A stretch of 64,000 nt of DNA from Syncephalis fuscata S228. Lineage: Eukaryota > Fungi > Zoopagomycota. Location: assembly GCA_025786725.1 (NCBI GenBank), contig JAHLTZ010000053.1, positions 1 through 64,000 on the forward strand. Reading direction: 5' to 3'. Position numbers and translations under genes: made by a program. This document shows, one piece after another, positions 31,135 through 42,120 of the stretch (position 1 is its first letter; the number at the start of each line of letters is the position of its first letter). Below the pieces are notes generated by a model. That model did no database searches, was not told the origin of the DNA, and saw only the letters and a program-made list of their open reading frames with translations.

Positions 31135-31865
31135 GACAGCATCCATCTGTTGAACATGATGATGGGTGGTGAATGACATTAATCATTGAAATACTTATCG
31201 TTATAGATTCATTATTAGTATGCATATATCCACCATTTACTTATATCATTCTTCCTACTACATTCTATGCTATACTAGACACATTCTATTGTTTATGTGT
31301 TCCAATGCATTTCACTCAGTCACTCATCACGTTATATGATTATAACCTCAACGCAGCTTATCGCACACTTTTTTTTGTATATTTATCCTATTGTATATTA
31401 TTTTATTATAATACAACCACGTTCTATCCAGGGCTGTTGTCGCTTTAACTCTAGCTGCATTGACTATGAAATTCGGCTCATTATTAGCTCAATAAGTCGG
31501 AATGAGCTGAAATTTACTAATAGTAAATCTAGACGCAAACGAACAACGGTTTGCATAGAGCGTGGCTAGCTGAGCATAAATTGGCATAAATTAGAATAAA
31601 TATACAACGGAAATTGTATGATAAGTGATGTTAAAGTTATAGTGCATATAGCGTAATGACAAGAATGAGCAAAGTTTATTGAAGTATATGAACAATAGAA
31701 TGTGTCTAACATATTATAGAATAATATATAGTAGTATGGAATAGAATGGAAATAATAAGTAAATGGTGGATATATGCATGCTAGATAATAATCTATAACG
31801 ATAAGTATTTTGATCGCTAATAAAAACTCACCACTTGGCCCCATCTTCAATAGATTAAATGTGTA
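31135..31865. repeat. Foldback/MITE-like element: two diverged ~300-bp inverted arms; related partial copies at ~325-372 and ~58430-58550
   Basis: AAATACTTATCGTTATAGATT...TATGCATATATCCACCATTTACTTAT occurs on + at ~31190 and on - at ~31750-31810. The terminal segment GTCA(C/T)TCACCACC..ATCAT.TTCAA recurs at ~328 and ~58502. Confidence 0.65.
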
Positions 31866-32526
31866 GTTCAGTTGCGCGAATGTTATTAAAAATAGTCATT
31901 TGACCCCCAAATCACACTACATGTAATAAATTGTTGATTGGTAGTTATTTTGCCACCCACCCCATATTCAATAAAACAAACATTTAATTTAATTATACAA
32001 AGCTATCAGCTATAATCATTTGGCAATATAGTCGTTACTGTATTTTATTTTTGTTTTAATGAGATTGATAAAAATAAATCTCACCCAATTACTACGACAG
32101 AAGGAAAATTCGGATATCAATAGATAGATAGCGAGAGAGTGAGAGCGGGGGAGAGAAAGGAAGAGAGAGAGAGAGTAAAGAACAGTTCAATCATAGAATG
32201 AAAACAAAACGTGACCTTTTTAGTAATGGTCGTAGTAATAGTCGTTGAAGTAGTAGCAAATGCGTATATACTTTTTCTTTTAGTTAAAAGTATCACGTTT
32301 GTTAAAGCAAACATTTATATCCAAAAATGGAAATGGGTCGTGATATATCCAATTGAAGAAATAAAAGTAAACGTGCAATGGCAAAAGTGTTATTGGTCAG
32401 CATACTATATACCATATACCATACATAAATAAATAAGAATAAATATCTATATGTATGTGTAATACACAACAATAAGTGGGCGCGCAACTGAAACGAATAG
32501 AACACAAAAACATATAAACGCTACTA

Positions 32527-35500
32527 CTAATTTGAGGATTCAAATACAGAGCGGAATGCGTCAAGTTCTTTTGATTCAGATGATGAGCGCTCCGCTTCAT
32601 GCGACAACGATCGAATAGTATCGGTAGTTTGACGCAAGAACCAGAAAGCACCTTCAGTATTTGAATCACTCGTTGTGTTGATGGCCATTGGTTGGAATAG
32701 CATTTCTTCATCTTGGCCACTAATATCAAGCCATTGTGCAAGACGGGTGCGTTCAGGTGCAGCCAATCCATGCTTAATAATACCTGCCAGACTGCGATCG
32801 ATAGCTTCACTACCCAGTACCATGCATGGACGTGGACCTGAAGTCTGCTCAAGGCGAACGGCTTCCATAATACGAATAATATAGCCGATGGCTTCGGCAG
32901 ACGCGACTTCACCTGACTCTACAAGTTGGCGTACTGTGTCAAGCAAATGAGGTGCTGGACTTTGAGTCGATGTACGACGGCGACGTGGTGGCGAAGCAGT
33001 GATCGAGTTGGCAGCCGCCGATAATAGCGATGACGATGGCATGGTAGTCGATAGAAGTGTATTTGCTTCAGCAGGATGTTCAACGACCGGTGGTGGAATA
33101 AGTATCGGATGTGAGTTAGATGCTACACGACGATGACTAGTTGGTCGTGATGGTGAGGAAGAACGAGAGTTGATTGGCGATCCGGATAAAGAGTTACTGC
33201 CGCCAAGCATGTCGTTGTCAGATGTTGGAAAATGACCCACAGATGCATCCAATGCACGCGACTCAAACTTGGCCAGCCAGTGAATGAGTACACGGCGTCG
33301 TGTGGTGGCAGGATCATTGGGTTCGCTGCATTGAGCGAGTACTTTAGCTGATGGGCGAGGTGGATTAAACGAGCTGCGACGACGACCACGCGTGCCACTG
33401 CCAGCACTGCCATTACGGCCTAGACTGCCAGTAACAATACCAGCAATTGACGCGTCAGGTAAGCTCGATGTGGACAGCGGAATGGCATTCATAATAGGCT
33501 GAGGCATTAAGGGTAGTGCTTGTTCAACAGGGCTTGATGGAGCCGTCAGTGTTAACAACTCAGTCTTTTGTTCAACTTCAACCGCATCGCTTGGTGTTGC
33601 TGAGCTGTTTTCGGCTAATTCGAGAATTGGTGGCTCCAAACGCAAAACATCAGGCAACGAATTAGGACGTGATGGCTTAATGCGTGGTGAACTTTCACGG
33701 CTGTTATCACCACCCGATAGCTCGCCACTCATAGCAACATTACGCATTGGACCAAAGAACAGTCCACGGCGTTGTGTCATACGCAAAGCTGCGCTAGCAT
33801 CGGGTGTGTTAGCATTGCGGAATTCAACAGAAGCACCGACTTTAAGATCTGGCCATGCTACGGGAATAATATCTTCATCAGAAGAAAACCACTTACGGCC
33901 TGGCCAGATGCACCGGGTAGCAATGATGTTGTCGCTGTAATAGGCGTAGGTGCAACAATATCCGGCACATTGCTACGAGCCAACAAATGACGAGTTGCAG
34001 GCGCATCGACTGTTTGTCTAAACTTGCGTTCAATGGTTGGATATGCGTCGCAAAGTCGTTCCCAAAGTCGAGCACGTTTATCGCGTATACAGCGCTGAGC
34101 TAGCCAGCACCAAGCTGATTGTACACCCTCTTTAAAGCCAATATCATTACATACACCAAGCACACCAATAGCACGTTCTAGATCGCTATTAAGTTCACGA
34201 GCAAACTGTTTCGTATACATCAGCTTAATTGTCAAATGAAATGCATTCATTTGGACTTTAGATGCGTGAGCTGGCAAACGAATAAGCAAATCTACTGGAT
34301 TACCTGGACCTGGCGCAGGTGCCGATCCATCCATATCGTCAAGATTTGTAAGACGATCGCGGAAGAAACGTGCTTGCAATAGAACAATTGAATGCAAATG
34401 AAGCACTGTTGGCAATGAACAATTGGCCGCCAATGCACCTTCATCTTCAAATCGTAATCGAACATCACTATACATAAGCGGATTATGCCAAAGTAATTCA
34501 CCAACTGATGGATAATGCTCAACAGAACGGGCCGTTGATTTGGTGTTACCTTCATTATCGATCAATGCCATACCTGTAGCACTGTTATCATTATCGTTTT
34601 CATCACCACTAGAATTGCCAGTTTGACTAGACATAATATGCGATGGTAGTGATTTTACAACGTTGTCATTTGGAGATGCTTGTGAAACAACAATACGAGT
34701 AATTGTGTTAGCACGGCCACGACGGGTAGGTTTTGAAGCAGCTGGTTCAGTGTCTGTTGGTTCTAATACAGTGGCGGCACGTAGTGGACTAGATGCAAGT
34801 GGCGAAAAAGGCGCAGCAGCAGCAGCCAATAAGTTATTTTCATTGGCGCGCTTTGTATCAATCGATAGCTTAATGTCTTTAGGTGAACTAATCGACATAG
34901 GACGAGAGCCATAGGTGTTGGCACGTTGTCGAATGCGTCTAGCGCCGTTATTAGCTGATGGTATCGAAAGTGGCGTTGGCAATGGCGCTGGTGTTGTTTG
35001 CATCGATTCAGATGCTAATTCGTTAACACGGCCACGAATACTCGATACATCTGCCAATGGCATTTGTGGCACATCAGGGAATGGCTCGGTACTAGATGTT
35101 GATAGAAACGATTCAACGCTTGCTGGCAATGTAGTTGGCATTTTTTCCGTGGATGTATGCATCAATGAAGGTGGTGAAATGCGTATATGGACTGGTGTAG
35201 GTGTATCAGGCGTTTTTGGTGTTGGTACGCTGCATTCACTGTCGGATGTGTACATAGAACTGGTGGCAGATGATGTCGAGGGAGCATGGCTCTGTATATC
35301 TTTAGTGGCGCTAATTTTGGATGCTGACGGATCGACCATCGTTGTTGTGGTGGTGGTAATGGCTTTGTTCGTTGCAGACGATGTAATGGTACGTGTTGTC
35401 GTGCAAGTCGATGTTGTGGCAGTCTCACCAGCACCAATGCTTGTTTTAGCAAGTCGTATAACTTTTGCTTCATCACAAGCAGTTACTGGATCGGTGGGAA

Positions 35501-35932
35501 TGGTTGTGGTAGTAGTCGTAGTCATAGTAGTCGTAGTCGTAACGGTTATAGTTTCCAAAGGACTGGCCGAGGTGCCAGGCGTGAAGCACCAGTATCAATA
35601 CCAGGTGCAATTACGGCAGCAGCATCGCTATCGGCTACTTCTGGTAAAGATACTGGTCTAGCAGGTGTGGTCTGTGCAGAGAAGCCGGCCGTCGAATAGC
35701 TGGCTGCTCTGTGACGTCTACGGCGAGGAGAAGACGGTGTTGGGCCTGCCGTAGCGCTGCTGGGGGACAGGACTGCAAGACTTCCCACCGGTGAAGGTGG
35801 TGGTGGTGGTGACATGAGAGGTGAATACGGCGTCAGAAACGTTGCGGCAAGTGATAAAGAACGGAGAACACGGGACCTACGCGTAGCAATAGAAGCAGTT
35901 GAACGAGAGGAAGCGGTGCGTTTATCGTTCAT
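32527..35932 (-). CDS. Large low-complexity protein with a central BTB/POZ-like domain (two apparent -1 indels)
   Basis: Three consecutive ORFs (35932-35546, 35558-33858, 33786-32527) join with single-base insertions. BTB-like segment YSDVRLRF...LHLHSIVLLQARFFRDRL...AFHLTIKLMYT. Confidence 0.7.
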
Positions 35933-38900
35933 ACACCGGCTCAGAAGCGAGATTGACAAAAAAGAACAACGGAAGGCGTAGAACAAAGAGAACAGTCGTT
36001 ATTTTGAAAGATCGAAGTGTCACTGTCGCGGAAATCGTAAACGCGTCAGTAGGAAACGACTTGCTGTGGCAAGCCGTAGTGAGAAAGGATGAACAAAAGG
36101 AAAAAGGTGTAGAGAGGCCTGGAAAAAGCGGCCGGACAAGTGTTTTAGCCTTTGTTCAGTCACGGAAAAGAATAATATAGTAGTTAGTAAAACTCGTTTC
36201 ACACCAATAGCTTTCGTAAAATGGGAAAAAACAGTAGGATAGGCGCTCGGCTAAAGAATAAATGTAGAATATGCTATCTGCGATACGCTTGCGCTTTTCA
36301 AAAGACTGCTGCGTCAATGTTTAGTATTGGTAGGGTGATAGTTGGTTGGTTGATTGGGTGGTAGTATAGTGAGGATATAGATAGCAATATGAAAGCAGAG
36401 AATGGTCAAGGAATGTTAAAACGTAAAGAACCACATACACTTGCATGCGCATAGGATGAAAGTATGAAATAAAAGTACGACTAATAACGTAAGTCGGGAA
36501 AGTGCTAACAACGAAGTGGAATCTTTAAACGTGTAACGGCGATGCTTTGTGCTAAAATATGAAGTTGAAACGACGGAGAGGAATGAAAAAGAAGATTGCA
36601 AGCCAAGCAAAAGATCCAAGCTTACGCTGACCATCACAAGGCTGCCAATAAACGCAAAGCAATATAAAGGAGTAGTGAGTGAGTGAAGAGTGAGTGAAGA
36701 GTGAGTGCCGTAAGATGGGCAGAATGGATAAGGGGAAAAGGCCAAACTTGTTATTTGGTTAATAATAAATGGCCATTACAGGATTGAATGATAAAACGGA
36801 GACTCAACGTGCGGAATAGAAACGCAGTGTCAGTTCATCAAGCATGACAATTAGAAACAAAACCGCAACTAATTCAGGCCAATTCAAACTACGGCCTTAA
36901 ACAGTCGCCAATTAATAAAAGTAGCAAATACTTTACCAACTAAAGATAGCATTCTACATATACAGATGCGGCCTTGCCCCTTGACCACAATAGCATGAAA
37001 TGGGTGACTTCACTTACCGGCAATTGCTCCTTTGGATCTCTGGTAAAACGTCGTACTGGCTATAGCCGTGGTAGACGTGAAACAGGGCAGATGGATATAG
37101 AATTGTGTGGTGTGCGTGTGTGTATAGACTCAAGGCAGGTGTACGCAGTTTGCAATGGTGGTAGCTGTGTACAATGGCTAGAGGTCAAGGTCTGTATAGA
37201 AGTGCAAAGACGTGTCACTAAGTAAAGAAATCAAAAGCAAATGGTATAATAACAATCAATGTAGCAATAATAATTAAGTTATCGCTATGGCTATCGATGT
37301 TATGGTTATTTTCGTCGTCGTTGTCGTGGTAGTAGTTGTAGTAGTTGTAGTAGTAGAGATAGTATAATACTGGCGGTAGTAGTAGTGGTGGTAATAAGAC
37401 TAGTGCTTGCTTGTACGCTATTACTAATACGTAAATAACCGTTGTAGCCTTAGAAGAGAAGAAAAAAAAATAGGAAGCAGAAAGTTGAAGCGGCGAAAGA
37501 TAGTTTGGCAATAACGTATCGATAGATACGAAATACGTATACAAGAACGCAAGAGAGCGTAAGTTAGTGGGGGAAAGGGGGAAAGAAGATTAACTAGTCG
37601 GAATAGTAAACGTAGAGATAAACTTGGCAATAACAAGCAAATGATTTAGTAGAATAAGCGTTAGCAGCGTTGAAGGAAAAGTCCTAGAAACGATCAGGAA
37701 GATGCTACTACTCTTACTACTATTATTACTACTATTACTGCTACTGCTGGGAAAGAAAGGTGAGCAACGATACGCATGCAGTAAAGGACGGCTAATTAAA
37801 GCGCATGGACACGCAAGCGCTAAGCGTGGGCGTGTTTGGATTGGCAATAAAGATGAGAGAGAGAGTGTGTGTGTGTGTGTGTGTGGAATGAAATGAAAGA
37901 TCGCGTGGAGGCCGCGTGCGTGATGTGCCTAGCTTGCTTTCCGTTGGCTACCAATTGCCAAGGCCACTCTGAACCAAAATGTGCCAAAAACGGAGACTGA
38001 TAAATGCAAAGCGAACTAAATGGATGTTGATGTTGATGTGATGAACGTAAGAAATCGTAACAGAGTGTGCGTGTGTTTGCGTGAATGAAATAATAACAAC
38101 AATGGAAAAGCGAAACAAATGATAGATTAAGGCAATCATGTTACTTAAAATACTAGAATGCTCCGAACCAATAGTGCCCTACAAACTGGCCTGTTTCATC
38201 CCAGTGCTAGGATGAATCCACATGAGCCTGATGCTGTGTACGCCTAGCCTTCCTGGGAGTAGTACTACATTGTAGAGTAATGGCGACTGCATTGATAATG
38301 ACCATTATGCTAAGCATAACACACACACAACGCCATTGCGGCAATAAAGCCTCATTTCTGTCCTATCTGTCGTCATCGATTTTAGTACTTTTTTATTGTC
38401 GTGGAGAGTAGGTTATTGTGACTCGATGCCGTGCAATACAATGCCTGTTTGCCGAACCGAAACGTCAACCAATTGTTCTATTTAACACGTGTAATCTGTT
38501 TTTCCTTATTATAATAACTGTAAATAAGTAAATAGTTGTGTAAAACAGGCACCATCAACTAAAAAAACTATATCACGTGCCATGTATCACCGCGTGTTAA
38601 TACAGCATTATTTATTTATTTTTCACTAATTATTAAACGATTAGTTGTATAGTAGGTGCAGAATGTAAGTACAATAATCACGCTGTTATTATTATCACGA
38701 GTAGCATTAAAGTGCCATTGATATATCTGCACCATCATCATCATCATCATCATCACAAGTATTCCTATCACCATCTATAACATTGGGATCAACATCTGTA
38801 ACTGATCACATGTTTTAATTCGCCTTTACAGTTATTTCCCATTGATTCTGTATTTACCGAAATCAACGCTAACAATGAACGGAAATCTACTGCAAAATAA

Positions 38901-39535
38901 AAGGCATGAAATTGGTAAAAATAGACATTAGATTAGGATGTGTTCCACTGCGTATTGTGTACGTCCTTCAAATAAGGCGTAACTCTCGAACGTTTCGCAA
39001 TATCACCTGACCCTTCAAAGATCAGCATTAGTTTATTAAGATTTCTACTGGCTTAAGATTCTGTAGCACTTGCCGCTACTACTCGTGCCCCATTTAACTG
39101 TGGTCATGCATTAAGGCGGCAGCTGATCCATCAATGATGCTACAATGGAATGACCGAATCTATGCCCTTGGCCAAGAAATAGCGGATAAAACTTGACTAT
39201 CATCTATAATAAAATGATTATCATTCTTTGTTACAAAATATGCATAAAAATAGAAATACTGACGTATTCGTCATGGCAATAAGGTGCATTTGCATGCGAA
39301 TAAAATAATAGAAGTATTAATAACTATGGCTATTATTAGTTAATAGATATATAAATAACACATGCTAAATAAATCAGTATTTACTATTATAGATCTAATG
39401 CTAAAATAATACAACCATAATAATAATAGTTATAAAATATAAATAGAATCAAAAATAATATAAACTACAATTAATGCAATTATTATTATTAAATGTTTAT
39501 GTAAAGGTAAATATAAAAGCAAAGTGAGTAAAAAT

Positions 39536-40298
39536 GGCTGAATTTTACTTTGTGCTCTCTATTTGAGTTTACAAAATAAATTCATTTCAATCGAAGTCAT
39601 GTCGTTGTTATAGCAACATAGTTATATAAATTTCTAATAAAAACTGTAACATATTATTTGATTTCTTTGAAATGTTTGAGGCCGATTATTATTGTTGCTG
39701 GCTATGTGTAGAAAATTGATTGGATATTAATAAAAGTCATATAATTGATTTTATATCATTTCATAGTTGTTATTGTTGTTACTATGTACAGTGTGGTTTA
39801 TTGCGTCTAAATGGTCTCTTCTATTTTCCAATCTTCTACTGTCGCATTTGGGGAGATTTGCAATGTGAGATACTCGTCTATGGTGACAAAAAGGTAGGAC
39901 GACTAGCGTTTCTAATGTTCACTACTCTCTTGAACATCCTTGGTATCAACTTGGTAGGCGCAGATTATTTGCCAATCATTGATGAAGCAAATCGACCTCC
40001 ACCATATGCAATAATTATAGGTTGAGTGTCTTTATTAGAAAGATATTGTGGTGACAGTTGTAACCAGAATATACGGCATGCCGTTGAGGTTACTTGAACA
40101 GATGTTGATGTAAATAAGAGAAATAAATACTAGTGATTGAATATGTTATTTATTGATGTTTATATATACATGCTATTTATATTGTTATATTAACATTATC
40201 ACATAATATATTACTGAGTAAAACAATAGGATAGCAATAGGAAAAGGAAATGAAATAAGTAAATAAAAATGTGAGAGTCAAAGTAAAATGATTTGATC
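39536..40298 (-). mobile_element. TIR-bounded non-autonomous element with Fanzor/TnpB C-terminal relic (copy 3)
   Basis: Minus strand reads, across stops and frameshifts, QPIIIAYGGGRFASSMIGK*SAPTK...FVTIDEYLTLQI-PKCDSRRLENRRDH...NHTVH...RPQTFQRNQ. Imperfect TIR ATTTTACTTTG(TG/A)CTCTC at ~39542 and its reverse complement at ~40273-40289. Confidence 0.75.
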
Positions 40299-41346
40299 AT
40301 ATAAATATTACGCGCTCAATTCAATATTTTGTTTTATTTTAATATATAGCTATACAACTTTTATTAATGCTCAATAAATAAAATAATCTGTTTTTCTATT
40401 ATTGCAATAATGTATAATATAAGCTGCTTACTCTAATAACTAGTTAGATTAAGCCTTATAATAGTTGGCTTAGTTGGTGGTCGTGTACATGTAAGTATTT
40501 AAGAAGTTATAATGTGATTGGGAATATTTATCCATACAAACAACTAGAATTATGAATTATAGTGACAATGTCAAGTTATTTAACTACTAAACTTAATTCA
40601 ATTTTATTTACATCTCTCTGTTTTCTGTGCGTTATCTCAGTTTAACGTTGCTGCTGTTCTAGTCGCATCAGCAACAGCCAACTTTTGCTAAGTATAGTTC
40701 AACTTAGCATAGCTATAATGTTTTGCTATAGATTAAACCAGTAAGCCTGTGAGCTTTCAATTGCTTTCCATTGGTTTCTGCTCTGACTTGTTCTTCTATA
40801 TTCTATTTTGTTTGACTTGTCAGAAGTGGTTTTAAAAATGTGGACAGCACTTAGGCCTTGGATGATTACCGGTTTATATGCAATCCATAGCCATTATGCG
40901 CTCGAAATTGCTGATATTTGGGTAGAAATTTCCATTGTGTCTAGTCTAGTGTCTGCATATGGTATTGCGTGTAGTTTAGCCGATGTAGTTTAGTTTGCAA
41001 CTGAAAACTGATAAAAATGACTTGTTGGAATGTTCCGCTGTTCAAAATACTGTGATGCATCATGCTACAAATAGTACTTATTGTATAGTCGGTTTCAGGT
41101 GGCTTGAATTAGTTTCCATCTGAATGATAGCAGTTGCACATATTTCATGATATGCCTAGATGTGATGCATTTGTGAATTCAAAACAATGATTACCCCTGT
41201 AACAACGGGCATAGTGACGAATAAAATGCATGCATGTACCAATCAGCACACTTTATAATTTAAGGAGTTATAACTGATTTATGCATGGCAGTAAGACCTG
41301 TATAAAAATACCAGTTTAATATATTAGACTTGTTTTTGCATCAGTG

Positions 41347-41837
41347 TTGTATGCTATTTTGTATGCATGCAGATATTGAGGACCGAATTGGTAGAAATGG
41401 CAGCGAAGACATCATTATTGTTTTACAAAACCAAACAATATACTTGTTTCCACCGATTAGTTAAACTGTGTAACAAACATACAAAATGGTGTCATGTCTC
41501 TATCGCATATGTACTGGATTATGAACATCATTACATCATTCATGCGAATAACTGACAGATTGAAGTAAAGATTAAACAGGTTGTGCGTTATTTTGTATGG
41601 ATGCGGATATTGGGGAGCGAGTCATTTAGTAGAAGCAACAGGAGACATTATTACCGTTTTTACAAAGCTAAAACAATATACTTGTTTTCACCAAATAGTT
41701 AGATCGTTTAATAAAAAAATACAAGATAATGTACATGTCTCTATCGCATATGTGCTGTTCATTGGAATTGCCGCGTCATTTTTGTAAATGCCGAGCAGGT
41801 TGAAACCAAGATTGGGCATGTTGAAACCAAGACTGGG
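41347..41837. repeat. Diverged tandem duplication (2 x ~235 bp) upstream of the micro-exon gene
   Basis: Both units share TATTTTGTATG.ATGC.GATATTG, AAACAATATACTTGTTT.CACC and CATGTCTCTATCGCATATGT. A short TTGAAACCAAGA(T/C)TGGG duplication follows. Confidence 0.8.
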
Positions 41838-41975
41838 AAGCATGCTGTCACGCCATGAATCTACTGGTACACGCGCACCTCAAAGTATTATTTGAATTGC
41901 TTTATTGGTTCATATTACACATCAATGGTATATTTCGTATACTGCAGCATACTAGCATCTCAGCATAGCCATAAG

Positions 41976-41983
41976 TATAAATA
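41976..41983 (+). promoter_or_regulatory. Candidate TATA box (TATAAATA) of the micro-exon peptide gene
   Basis: Lies ~140 bp upstream of ATG 42121, followed by a CA/CT-rich leader and ATCACC-ATG context. Confidence 0.5.
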
Positions 41984-42120
41984 GCCCACAAAATATACAC
42001 ATTCAACTAGAATATCATCATCACACTCTACTTTCTGCTAAACACACACTACTCTCCACTTTACACCAGTCACATTCTACTATCTTTCTTATTTGTTTGT
42101 CTTAACAAATCAATATCACC

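Noticed and set aside
34915-35661. 248-aa plus-strand ORF and other long antisense ORFs (9398, 10382, 57293)
   Set aside because: Antisense shadows of real coding regions on the opposite strand.
36000-38200. Short ORFs and microsatellites upstream of the BTB gene (similar at 1800-2000, 7100-7560 and 54300-56000)
   Set aside because: Low-complexity (TAC)n, (GT)n and (CA)n UTR or intergenic sequence; the ORFs are compositional artefacts.
38900-39300. Possible small minus-strand gene or pseudogene with splice-like signals
   Set aside because: No frame gave a convincing or recognisable protein.
39720-40025. 101-aa plus-strand ORFs at 39720 and 46481 as a duplicated gene
   Set aside because: They are antisense shadows of the minus-strand Fanzor relic, with TTG starts.
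40600-41170. Slightly GC-richer stretch that might be a decayed gene
   Set aside because: Stops in the frames examined and no recognisable motif.
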